64,000 nt of DNA from a virus. A model generated the notes under the pieces. That model ran no database searches, had not been told where the DNA came from, and was given only the letters and a program-made list of their open reading frames with translations. Positions 50,511-60,778 of the stretch are shown here, one piece after another. Location of the stretch: IMG/VR virus record IMGVR_UViG_3300045988_103544, positions 18,803 to 82,802 of that record; one strand, 5' to 3'. A program made the position numbers and the translations under genes. Every line of letters begins with the position of its first letter. Position 1 is the first letter of the stretch.

Positions 50511-51118
50511 TTTATTTAAATAGTTAAATTGTTTATAAGTTTAAATATCGCAGTATCAATAGATACATAATACATTTTTCGTTGGGTAAATTTCCCATTA
50601 ATTATAAGATTCATCAACTTAGCTAATTCTACTGAATATGGAATATTAGTAGCTTTTACCAAGAGTTGGACTGCATAATTATGAGATTTACGATTGGCTA
50701 CAGCTATGTTACGTGTCTTAATGACTTGTTTACGCCAATGTAAATGTTCCTTAGTTTTTATCTCTCGCAGATACAATTGATGTACCTGCAAGAGACTTGA
50801 TCGACCTGTTAACATATTATATGGAATTATTTATTTACGTCCGTCTAATGCTTTATATGCTGCAGCATTCATACCTCTAGCTATAACATTATTATAGTAT
50901 CTGTCCATTTCACTAGTTTGAATAGCTTGATTACGTACTACATTATGTAAGTCAGAATTTTCTGACTGAAGAGTAGCTATTGTAAATAACAATGCTACAA
51001 CTACTATTCCTAAAAGAATAGTAGAGATTACAAAGATATTCTTTTTCATTTCTGTAAAGTTTATTTGTTTAACTAAAAAGTAAGCAGTTTATAGTCTTAC
51101 TCAGGACTAAAACAATCA

Positions 51119-51493
51119 TCAAATGATATCCCACTCTCTGAGAGCTTCTAGTGGTGTAGCACCATTATTAAGCTCTCTTTGTACCTCTTCCTCAAGGTTA
51201 AATTTAGCTGAAATACGAAGTGCATCTTCAGCAGTTTTAACCATTGAAGATTTAGCAGTTTTTACAACCACTTCTGTTTTAGTAGTAACTTTAATTTGTT
51301 TAGCTACTACATATTTACTCGAAAGAATGAGTATAATCAACATCATAACGCTCATTGCTTCCTCACTACTTTTTGGAGTAAGTTCATTGAGATACTTTAC
51401 TGCGGAATTTCTTCCAGTGTTTCCGTACACTACTTTACTTTCAGAGTCCGCTGCTATGAGCAACTCCTCTGATTTAAACAATACTTTTATCAT
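51119..51493 (-). CDS. hypothetical protein (124 aa)
   Basis: Minus ORF. Confidence 0.4.
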   Translation of the reverse strand: MIKVLFKSEELLIAADSESKVVYGNTGRNSAVKYLNELTPKSSEEAMSVMMLIILILSSKYVVAKQIKVTTKTEVVVKTAKSSMVKTAEDALRISAKFNLEEEVQRELNNGATPLEALREWDII

Positions 51494-51583
51494 TTTTTAT
51501 GTGTTAATGTATTAAACAATAGAACTCCAGTCAGGTTACAACCCTGATACAATGCTTTTATTTACTGGAGTTATAATGAATAA

Positions 51584-52077
51584 TTATCTTACGAATCCTG
51601 GAACGGATACGATAAATCCGTTTTCTCTAACGCAATCAGGATGACCTGTTGCAGGAGCAACTACATCCGTTCTACCTTTCTCTTTTGCTGCTGCTAGTAC
51701 CATTGCTGATACTATATAGATTGTACCTTCTTCAGGCTCTGGGAGATTCTCAATCTCACCATAGAACACTGTGGAAATACCACAGCAAAAGTTGCTAAAC
51801 TTATTAGCAACACGAGCAACTTTACCTGATGGATGGTATTCTGTACCATTATTGAGTGTGTGGTGTTAAGTTGGTGAACTTATTAGGAACAACCTCAAAG
51901 TCTTTTCTCATAAGATTGTCCAAATCACCCTCAGTGCCATCAAGTTCTTTATAATGGCACTCGTACATGAGTTTACCATCCATAGTTGACCAATGACCCA
52001 CCAGCCACACTTGTATCCTCTGTATCTAATGCAAAGAGGATAACCTTTGTCCCGTCTTTTACGATTTTTTCTTCCAT
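51584..52077 (-). pseudogene. disrupted GC-rich gene (~165 codons) broken by one frameshift and one in-frame TAA
   Basis: ATG 52077 gives MEEKIVKDGTKV...NYGW then TAA. The +1 frame continues MDGKLMYECHYKELDG...PHTQ, then an in-frame TAA, then WYRIPSGKV...GFVR (ORF 51584-51769). Coding-like composition throughout. Confidence 0.4.
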
Positions 52078-53450
52078 TGTTAATGTGTTAAATTTAATTA
52101 TGTGATATAGTTATTTTATTTCCATTCTTTACATATGAGATGAATCTAATGATTTAGCAAATTTATCTGCCAAGTCATTATTATGAAATATTATTTCAAT
52201 TCCACATTCTGATATAAAGCAGCTTTGAATACTATTATCTGCTTTTCCTTTTTCGATTATCGCTTTCATATTTAATGTTATTATTGTTCATTACCGATAA
52301 TAGTTATGGATTTAATATCTTTATATTCAAGAATAATATTATTCATGTATTCATTACTAAATACTATTCTATCAAGATACTCATATTTATTCATTTCATA
52401 AGCATTAGTTATAACACCACCATTAGTAATAATAACTCCATGTACTTTCTCAATATTTGCATATAAGATATTTACTATATCATTTAATACATTTCTATCC
52501 ATAATTTTAATGTTAAAGAGTTAATAATCTAGTTAAGAGCAGTTTATACACATGCTCAGGTGTTTGTGGTTATCTACAAATATCAATATCCATATCAGCC
52601 CCTCGATTTGCTTCAAACGCGTCCCAATCAAAACCTTCTTTTGCAACTTTTAAACTATGCTCTACTTCAGTTGCATATGATTTAAGTTGTTTATAGAATG
52701 TAATTTTACCAGTATGTGTTATAGACTGTCTGTACAGTTTATAACTACGTTCAGGATATTTTGTAACCTCTCTTCTTCCCCATTTAGTTAGTTGATGAGG
52801 ATTGAGTCCTATTTTACACATTGTCAAATCATCACCAACAATTGTGTATACTATCGCGAGGATTAAGCACTTTAGTTTTAAGACCTATAAACCACGTTGA
52901 GGTATGCTCTATGATATAGGATTTCGTCTAAAGTAAACTTTAGACAGGGATTTCAACCTTAAAGTCATTAAACAAAACATTTGTTTATTTTTTATTTGTG
53001 TTGTTTTGATTTTAGTTTAACTCAATATTTAAAATAAAATAATAAAGTGTTGTATTTTGTGATAAATATTGAATTTGTAATATGGTTTAAAAGTGATTTT
53101 AGGTATGAATTTGTAGTGAATATTTGAGATTTGTTGTAAATTGGAGATTGAGTTTTGGGGAGTCGTATATGCTCCCTACTTTATCTCTTTAGATTCCTCA
53201 ACATCGGAAATTAATCCAATAAGATAGTTTTTATATCTTATTTTCAAGATTCCACTACTAACATGTTTCACTTCTTCCCATGTAGCTCCTCCATCAACCG
53301 AGACAATTAAAAACCAACCATAAACAATATTTGAAATATATTTATTACGATAAAGTTCTAATGTTTCAGAGTTAATGAAATAATGTTTAAATGCTAATCC
53401 ATAAAATGTCTTAAACATACAAACACTACAAAAAAATAAATAGAAACAGT

Positions 53451-53475
53451 AAAAAAAGGGGACAAAGTCCCCTTT
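53451..53475 (-). terminator. Rho-independent terminator after CDS 53478-53948
   Basis: Minus-strand hairpin GGGGAC-TTT-GTCCCC followed by T7. Confidence 0.55.
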
Positions 53476-53477
53476 AA

Positions 53478-53948
53478 TTACTTCTTGATACTAAACTCCG
53501 ACCAAATCTTACCTCTAGCGGACTTAGTAGCTTTCATTACTACTTTCTTGTTGTTCTTAACGGCTTTATCATAAGCCTCCGCGCACTCTTTGCAAGTCTT
53601 ACCGGCGAAAACTGTTGCAAAGTTGCCGGCAATCATTACGTGGTTACCGCCGCCGAAGACTACGTTACCGTCATCGTCCTTAGTGAAACCTACCCCCACT
53701 AAGATTGGGGCTTCACCATTTGGAACACGCCCGTCAGGTGTCAACTCTATTCCTAACTGATGAGTGCGTTGCAAGAGCTGCTCATCAGCAGTGAGTTCAC
53801 GGGACATCTGACGTGTCGTGAGCTCTACACTGTCAGGGAAGCTGACAGCAAACTCAGTGTTTTCTACTAAGGCTTCACCTAAGTCAGCCTTGTACATTTT
53901 CTCCAAGCCTAAAAGGCTGAGACTGATTTCATTGTTTGAACCTTTCAT
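53478..53948 (-). CDS. hypothetical protein, GC-rich compositional outlier (156 aa)
   Basis: Minus ORF with GC-rich codons (CCG, GCG, GGC) unlike the rest of the window. Confidence 0.5.
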   Translation of the reverse strand: MKGSNNEISLSLLGLEKMYKADLGEALVENTEFAVSFPDSVELTTRQMSRELTADEQLLQRTHQLGIELTPDGRVPNGEAPILVGVGFTKDDDGNVVFGGGNHVMIAGNFATVFAGKTCKECAEAYDKAVKNNKKVVMKATKSARGKIWSEFSIKK

Positions 53949-54341
53949 AATCTTAATGTTTAATTGTTATTAATTTTTTGTTTTGTTTTTTGACTAAATA
54001 TGGTGGGGGGACTAAGGAGGTAGTCTACTCCCTCCCACATAATAAAAATTAATTTTTAAATTTTAACCTCATCCTACTTACTTACAAAAATTCCTATTTT
54101 TTAAACCCCAGGGGGCTATATAAAATCTTCTCTAAAAAAATTTTAAAATTTTTATTTTAATTTCTTAGAATATTAACTTTTACAAAAATTAACTTTTAAT
54201 ATTCTCTACCTCGACTATATTACTCGTGTAATCAAAAAGAAATATTAAATGAATAAAGAACAACTAATACAAAGTATTAAAGACCTTCCTGATTAGTATA
54301 ATATAAATTTATAGGTTATTGATAATGTAATTCATATAACC

Positions 54342-54551
54342 ATGACTAAAAAGGTAGATGAATTTGAAGAATATTGTAGTAAATTAGATGATGAAACATT
54401 TAACAATGCTTGTCTAATATTTGGAATTATCTCAGATATATCTTTAGAAGATTTTTCTTCTAATTTAGATAATTCTAAATATAAAAAATATAAACAAGAA
54501 TTTAAACACATAGTGGATTTTTTAAATGATAGAAACATTACAAAAAATTAA
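54342..54551 (+). CDS. hypothetical protein (69 aa)
   Basis: Plus ORF at the start of a plus-strand unit. Confidence 0.4.
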   Translation: MTKKVDEFEEYCSKLDDETFNNACLIFGIISDISLEDFSSNLDNSKYKKYKQEFKHIVDFLNDRNITKN

Positions 54552-54738
54552 TAAGATAGTTCCTAATCTTACAGTATCTCAATTAATAGAACTAGTAAAT
54601 ATTATTAATGGACCTAAATTAACTATAGATAATATGGTTTTAAAAGATATACCACATAACGGGTTTATTTCAATAGACACTAGTGATAATAAAACTACTT
54701 CTACTGAAAATCCTTTTAGTGTTAGTAGTTATCTATAA
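54526..54738 (+). CDS. hypothetical protein (70 aa)
   Basis: Plus ORF overlapping the previous one by a few codons. Confidence 0.4.
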   Translation: MIETLQKINKIVPNLTVSQLIELVNIINGPKLTIDNMVLKDIPHNGFISIDTSDNKTTSTENPFSVSSYL

Positions 54739-54747
54739 AGATAATAC

Positions 54748-54782
54748 TCTCCTATGGTGTAATGGTTAGCACAGAAGACTCT
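54748..54782 (+). tRNA. 5' exon of intron-containing suppressor tRNA (predicted anticodon CUA after splicing; Gln-type U1-A72)
   Basis: TCTCCTA-TG-GTGT-AATGGTTA-GCAC-A-GAAGA-CTCT, ending on U (a group I 5' splice site follows a U). Confidence 0.6.
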
Positions 54783-55785
54783 TAAAAATTTTAAAGTATG
54801 GAAAATAAAATTTATAAACTTACGGATAAAGAGTTTTCAGACTTAGTTAAGTCAAGTCTGAATATCTCAGAAGTTTTATTTAAACTTGGATATACTACTG
54901 TTGGAAACAGTTGGGGATATTCACAAGTTAAACAAAGAATGCAAGATTTAAATTTATCAGGTAAAGATTTTAGAGGCAAATCAGCTATAGTCGACTGTAA
55001 TGAAAAGAAAGAAATAGATGCTTCTAAATTATTATGTGAAAATTCAAAACACGCACGTAATATATTAAGAAGCTATATATTAAGAAACAAATTACTTCCT
55101 TATACATGTGCAATATGTGGAATTACAGAATGGCAGGGTAAGACTTTATCTCTAGAATTAGACCATATTAATGGTGTAAATAATGATAATAGAATAGAAA
55201 ATCTAAGATTTTTGTGCCCTAATTGTCATAGTCAAACCACTACTTATGGTGCTAAAAATAAACAAAAAGTAGAATCTAAATACGAACTTTCTGATGAATT
55301 AAAGAATTTAATTATTAGTTCTTATATAGAATTAAAAAATCAAAAGAAAGTTGCTGATAGATATAATTTAAATCCTAAAGCAGTAAAACAAGTTTTATCA
55401 GAAGCTGGATTAACTAAACAAAATCAAAAGTATGTTATACAATATGACTCTTCTCATAATGAAATAAGAAGATTTGGGTGTATAGCAGAATGTTGTCAAT
55501 GGTTAATGGATAATAATTTAGTAACTACTAAATTAATGAAAACTTGTAGAGCAACTCTAAATAGAAATGTTGGCATTCTTTGGAAAAACTATTACTTTGA
55601 AATATTGGATGCTTAAAGGATAATCCATAATCTTTAAGTAGAATCTCTTTTAATCGACTTGGAAGCGTATATACTTAGTATAAAGTGACAGGGCGCAAGT
55701 TTAAATACAGCGTGAACGACTAAATAAAGAGACTGGTCCTAGGACTGGATGTGATAGTCTAATCCTCTACAGAGGTGTTAAAATG
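54783..55785 (+). mobile_element. Group-I-like self-splicing intron (~1003 nt) in the tRNA anticodon loop, carrying an HNH homing endonuclease ORF
   Basis: Starts 15 nt before the HNH ORF. The 3' 170 nt are GC-richer and structured, with R-like (AACGACTAAATA) and S-like (GATAGTCTAATCC) group I core elements. The last nucleotide is G (55785), as expected for omega-G. Confidence 0.5.
54798..55616 (+). CDS. HNH homing endonuclease (intron-encoded)
   Basis: 272 aa, standard code; HNH motif LELDHINGVNNDNRIENLRFLCPNCHSQ; paralog of 44791-45498. Confidence 0.7.
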   Translation: MENKIYKLTDKEFSDLVKSSLNISEVLFKLGYTTVGNSWGYSQVKQRMQDLNLSGKDFRGKSAIVDCNEKKEIDASKLLCENSKHARNILRSYILRNKLLPYTCAICGITEWQGKTLSLELDHINGVNNDNRIENLRFLCPNCHSQTTTYGAKNKQKVESKYELSDELKNLIISSYIELKNQKKVADRYNLNPKAVKQVLSEAGLTKQNQKYVIQYDSSHNEIRRFGCIAECCQWLMDNNLVTTKLMKTCRATLNRNVGILWKNYYFEILDA

Positions 55786-55822
55786 AAATCTTTTAGCCAG
55801 GGTTCGAATCCTTGTGGGAGAA
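55786..55822 (+). tRNA. 3' exon of the suppressor tRNA
   Basis: AAA-TCTTT-TAGC-CAGGG-TTCGAAT-CCTTG-TGGGAGA-A. Pairs with the 5' exon (acceptor TCTCCTA/TGGGAGA, anticodon stem GAAGA/TCTTT). Spliced loop is CTCT+AAA = CUCUAAA. Confidence 0.6.
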
Positions 55823-55823
55823 C

Positions 55824-56105
55824 ATGATAGCAGCAATTTATGAATTAAATGGTAAGATTTTAAAAACAACTAATCTTACTAAAAAATTAAAACGATTAAA
55901 ATCAGAACCTAAGATTCTATTTCAATTAGAGAATGGAACAGAAGCTGATTTAGACCAATGGATTAAAGACAACCAAAATATAAATTCTAATTCAGAAGAA
56001 GATATAGAAATTAAAAAATATCATTATAGAAATCCAATTACAGGATATACAATGACTTCTATATATGATAATCTAGATGTTAATGGTTATATAAAAATTG
56101 ATTAA
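55824..56105 (+). CDS. hypothetical protein (93 aa)
   Basis: ATG right after the tRNA 3' end; the track entry 55812-56105 uses an upstream TTG inside the tRNA exon. Confidence 0.45.
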   Translation: MIAAIYELNGKILKTTNLTKKLKRLKSEPKILFQLENGTEADLDQWIKDNQNINSNSEEDIEIKKYHYRNPITGYTMTSIYDNLDVNGYIKID

Positions 56106-56263
56106 TGACTAACAAAGAATTAAAAGACTTAAAGTCTAAAATGAACAAAGTACTTAATGAAGTACAGTAGATTATTGATACTATAGGAGATAATGATTTA
56201 CAAGATAATCAATTAACTCTTGATTTTTGCGATAAGTTAAATGAATTATCTGTTACTTATTAA
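56105..56263 (+). CDS. small hypothetical protein with one in-frame TAG (recoded)
   Basis: MTNKELKDLKSKMNKVLNEVQ(TAG)IIDTIGDNDLQDNQLTLDFCDKLNELSVTY then TAA. Confidence 0.4.
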
Positions 56264-56294
56264 TAAATATTTGGGGATGGATATTTATTAATTT

Positions 56295-56336
56295 TAAAAA
56301 AAATAGCCGAGGCTTCTCATTTGAGAAACTTCGGCT
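56295..56336 (-). terminator. Rho-independent terminator at the end of the minus-strand late operon
   Basis: Minus-strand hairpin AGCCGAAG...CCTCGGCT followed by T8. Confidence 0.55.
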
Positions 56337-56345
56337 ATTGTGGTA

Positions 56346-57485
56346 TTATTGCTTTATATATAAAAAATTTCCTCCACCAGTATTCTAAGCATCATATTTT
56401 AATAAATCATCTCTGGTAAATATTTTATCAAAGGTTCTTAATCCTGAATGATAAGTTCCATTATCTAGAGTATATAAATCTACTGTTTTAACATTATTTC
56501 TAGATTTCATAGCTTCTATCTCATCTCTAATATTATCTATACTTCCGGAAACTAAACGAATTTCTTTACCAGCCTATATAATTATTCTTCCTCCAGCTAT
56601 AGAACCATATTCATCAGTTCTATTATTATTAGCTAAAAAATTTAGTCTGTTATTTACAGATTTACCATTTACTATAGCATTTAATATAGGACTTTTTCTA
56701 GAACCATTAGAATTACTTTCCATGAATAATACATTACCTTTAGAATCTGTTTTAAAACCAGTAACAGTATTTTTATATATTGGAGAAATCATACTTCCAT
56801 TAGGAATATCTGAATATTTACCAAAAACAAATTTACCAATAGAATCTATACCTATATAATTCTAATTATTAGGAGATATACTTTCTTTAGATTTGAAATT
56901 AGAAAAAGCAGTAATAGGAGCTGCTATACTATTTATAGGAGTATAATCACCTCTATTTCTATAACCAAAAGTATGCTTTGTTAAATTTATGGATTCTGGT
57001 ATACGATATCTTCTAGAGTTTATTTTAGTAGTATCATTTATAGTATAACTATTTGGAGATATTTCTATTTCTAAATTTTCTCTCCCCTTATTTTTAGTTA
57101 CTTTTTTATTAGGAATTTTAATTCTTTTACTAGTATGCTCAGGTTCTGAATCAAAAAATAACTATAGTTTTCTACTTAATCCATTTCCTACTAAATTAAT
57201 CAACTATTTACCACGTTCCCACATTGTTTCTTCTTTCTATTTAGAAGTAGATATTTTTTTAGCAGTGGGCATTTCTTTATATTTTGCCGGGTGGTATACT
57301 AAAGTAGATGTTGGTTTATAGGGATCTACTCCTTTAGCCTAAACCTATGGAAATATTATACTATTAGCTTTATCAGAATTAATTTTAAAAGGAATCTTAT
57401 TTGATTTTCTTCTACCATACAACTACCCATCTTCATACCAGTAATCATATATTGAATCATTATCAGTAATTACCTATACAGCCAT
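56346..57485 (-). CDS. late protein L8 (~379 aa), TAG-recoded (~11 in-frame TAG)
   Basis: Continuous frame from ATG 57485 (MAVQVITDNDSIYDYWYEDGQ...) through ORF 56574-56792 to ...KYDAQNTGGGNFLYIKQ then TAA at 56346. Only TAG interrupts it. Confidence 0.55.
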
Positions 57486-58606
57486 GGTGTTATTATTATT
57501 ACTGGAGTTCCTAATTTATCTAATATTTTTAATCCTAACACAGCTTTACTGTCTAAATCATATGAACTCCATTTCTACTTATATTCATTAGGATTAAACT
57601 TCCAAATATCTTGTGCCCTATACACTTTCTTACCATTAGATGTTCCTTCCTAAACTAAATGTCCAGCAGCATCAACTCCATTATCTCCAAAGTCTAGATT
57701 ATTATTAGCACCTTTCCAAGGAGTTTTATTAGTTATATTAGAAGCTTTCTGCATAGGTTTCTTAGTAAAGAAATCTAAAGTTTCAGTATTTTCATATACA
57801 GGAATATCTTTATATGGATATATCTTTCTTATATAGTTCTCATGTGGACCATAATCTACATTTATTTTCTTTACTCCATAAGAAGGATTTATAGTTTTAT
57901 TATATAAATAAGCATCAATCATATCATTACCTTTAGCTGCTTTCTAAAATCCAGTATATGCTTCAGGAGCATAGGTATTGTAACCTACACCAGTTGATAT
58001 ATAAGACAATACTCCAGCATGCTTTTTAGGACTTGCTTTATGCATATTATATACTATGTCTTCTATAGGATTAGCATTATTAGAAGTTCTCATAGCTACT
58101 TCTACTCCACGTTTTAAAGGAGCTTTTACAGCATATCCTATTGCAGGAAGCATTACTAAATAATTACTAGCTTTAGTTGGATTCTTAGATATATCTAAAG
58201 CACCTTTAGTATAATCATATACTGCCTAAGCAGCTGGAGCTAAAGCATAACCTATTCCTGAATTAACTAATGCTTTAATAGGACTAGTATTATTATTCCA
58301 ACTATCTACTTCTCTAGCATAAGCTCCTTTTATAGGATGGGTTCTATTCTTATTACTATAATTATATAATTTAGAATGAGTATGTCCTCCCTATTTTATA
58401 GTCCCTCTATTATCTACAAATACATCTTGTACCCCATTTAAAGTTCTAACTGGAATAACTCTCTACTAATATTTAGCACCAAGATATGGAGATTTAAATC
58501 TAAGATGATTTAGTCTATTATAATATTCCATATCTATAGCCATCTATTTATTCCGAGTATTATTATTTACTCCTTTATTTTGTTTACTTTCATCTACTAT
58601 TGGCAT
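57470..58606 (-). CDS. late protein L7 (~378 aa), TAG-recoded
   Basis: ATG 58606 (MPIVDESKQNKG...) runs continuously through track ORFs 57944-58153 and 57650-57922, joined by TAGs, to TAA at 57470. Confidence 0.5.
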
Positions 58607-58608
58607 AT

Positions 58609-58824
58609 TTATACTTTATTTTTCCATATACTAGTTATACTATCTATACCTAGTAATCCCATACAACAATATAAAACTGTATCTATCATATCAGGAGCTT
58701 GTATCTAACTAATAGAACAGTATATTAGAATAATTAAACTTACTATCCATCCTAATATTCCACATACTCTTTTACTACTTATTCCAGTATGTGCTGTTAT
58801 TAATTTAATTAAAAACTATTTCAT
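58609..58824 (-). CDS. small 2-TM membrane protein (holin-like, 71 aa), TAG-recoded
   Basis: MK(TAG)FLIKLITAHTGISSKRVCGILGWIVSLIILIYCSIS(TAG)IQAPDMIDTVLYCCMGLLGIDSITSIWKNKV; its ATG overlaps the upstream TGA stop (ATGA). Confidence 0.4.
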
Positions 58825-59959
58825 TTCTAAGAATTATTTAAGAACGGTAAACTCATACCTATAGGTGCTGCTATTTTGAATACATTAGGATCTAACTTAG
58901 GAATAGTTAATCTAGAATCTCGTAATATATTTCCAGTTATTCCTTTAAGAGGTATTCTATTCCTTTTCATATTAAGTGGAATTAAAAAATCCTCATTTAT
59001 TTCATACTCAATATTAGGATAATTACCTATTATATTAGAAGCTTTATACTAGTTAAGCTACGTTTTTGGTATATCTATATACTATAATTCTATAGGATTG
59101 TCAACTCCTTCTTTTATAGCTTTTCTTCGAGTATTAGAAGCATATATTAATGTTTTTCTTGGGTTATCAGTAAACCACATTCCTGTATATTTAGCTGTCC
59201 CATCCGGAGATGGAGTAAATTTACCATTAGTACCAGAAGCTCTATATAATCTCACCATACCCTAATCTAATTTAGGTTTCTAAAATATTCCTACTTCAAT
59301 AGGTTCTTTAGTTCCTTTCATAGTAAGTTGTCTAGTTTCATTCTAGATAAATCCAAAGTCTTTACCAAATCTATTTATACCATGAATACCTCCTTTAGAT
59401 ACAGAACCCCAAGTAGAGAGATTAGCACCTTCAGGTACTTCATCTGCAACCTTAGCAAATAGCTACATTTTATTACCATAGCTTAAACCATTTCTATCTG
59501 TTTTAAAATGAACTGAATAATTATTAGGTTCAGCATCCTTTACTAGTCCAAATCTTTGATTAGGCTATTGTTTAAAGAAATAAGAAGTAGCTTCATTTCC
59601 TTCAGCTTTTCTAGTACTCCAAGCTTTTCTAGTAGGTCTGTAATAAGATAACTGCATAATAGGATTATCTCCTGTTGTGTATTCTTTAGCAGCTAAGTTA
59701 TTAGTAATTCCTTGAGATACATTTCTAGTTAAATTTCCAGCAGTCTCATTAAGTAAACTATTTCTTGCCCAATGTGAAACTGTATTCTAACCCATCTTAG
59801 AGAGTGCTATTTTACCTAAACCTAATCCTAAATTTCCTGCAGCAATTCCTACTACAAATTCTCCTACTGGATCTGCTCCTGACATAGCTCCTGCTTGAGG
59901 ATTAGTACTAGTTTTAGTATTTCCATACTAATCTTTTACTGTAACTATCTCACTATGAG
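58821..59959 (-). CDS. late protein L5 (~379 aa), TAG-recoded (~13 in-frame TAG)
   Basis: ATG 59959 MPHSEIVTVKDQYGNTK...GGIHGINRFGKDFGFIQNE...LPFLNNSQK ending TGA 58821; possible longer N-terminus upstream. Confidence 0.45.
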
Positions 59960-60262
59960 GCATACTCCTCTTAGCTAAAGCTAATCTTTCTTTAATTGGT
60001 AGATTATTATATTTAGCTTTTAAATTTTTAGCGGCAGGCTATAATCTATTTTTTAAATTAGTAGGATTAAGAATTCCTCTAGATTGAGTATTTCTAGTTA
60101 TTTCTTAATCCTACTTAGATTGTTGCCACGGTAATCCAGTGGTTTTAAAATTTAATTTACCTGTTTTCTAATATTTAGATATCCATTTCATATCTCTTTA
60201 AATATTTATCCCATAACTATTTATCTCTCTCACTTACAAAATCTAAAAATCTTTGTAATTCC

Positions 60263-60778
60263 TCAATCTTTTCTGTCAAAATATATGTATCCATTATTAT
60301 TTTTATTGGGTTTTAAATTAAATCCACTACCTTTAGTTTTAGTAACATACAATGTTGGGAGAACATTAGCTCCATCATAAACTACTTTAGTTCCGCCATT
60401 ATTATAGTCATAATCGGAACCTAGATAGTCCATAGTATAATCTAAAGGCTAACCACTATTAGGTTTTATATATTGATCTTTACTTAAATAATATATCTTA
60501 TTATCTTTACTCCAAGATTTATCTCCTAAATCTGGATAAGTCGGATGAGTTTTAGTTTTATAAGTCCCTGAAGCTCCTTCATCAGGAAAATGCCCAGTAG
60601 GAATATACCTATTCCAATTATGTGCTAGAATACTGTTTAACTATAACCAAGCTACTATAGGTTGGTCATTATAGTATTTTCTATAATCGTAATGGTCTTT
60701 AGATAAATCCTAATTACCCCATGCTTGAGATAACTATTTACTCCAAATATTATAATTATTATTATTTATTTCTGGCAT
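60263..60778 (-). CDS. late protein L4b (~171 aa), TAG-recoded
   Basis: MPEINNNNYNIWSK(TAG)LSQAWGN(TAG)DLSKDHYDY...YFDRKD ending TGA; start overlaps the upstream gene end. Confidence 0.45.

Noticed and set aside
56346-59959. L5, L7 and L8 (all ~379 aa) as paralogs
   Set aside because: Equal lengths but no convincing shared motifs on inspection; left as independent genes
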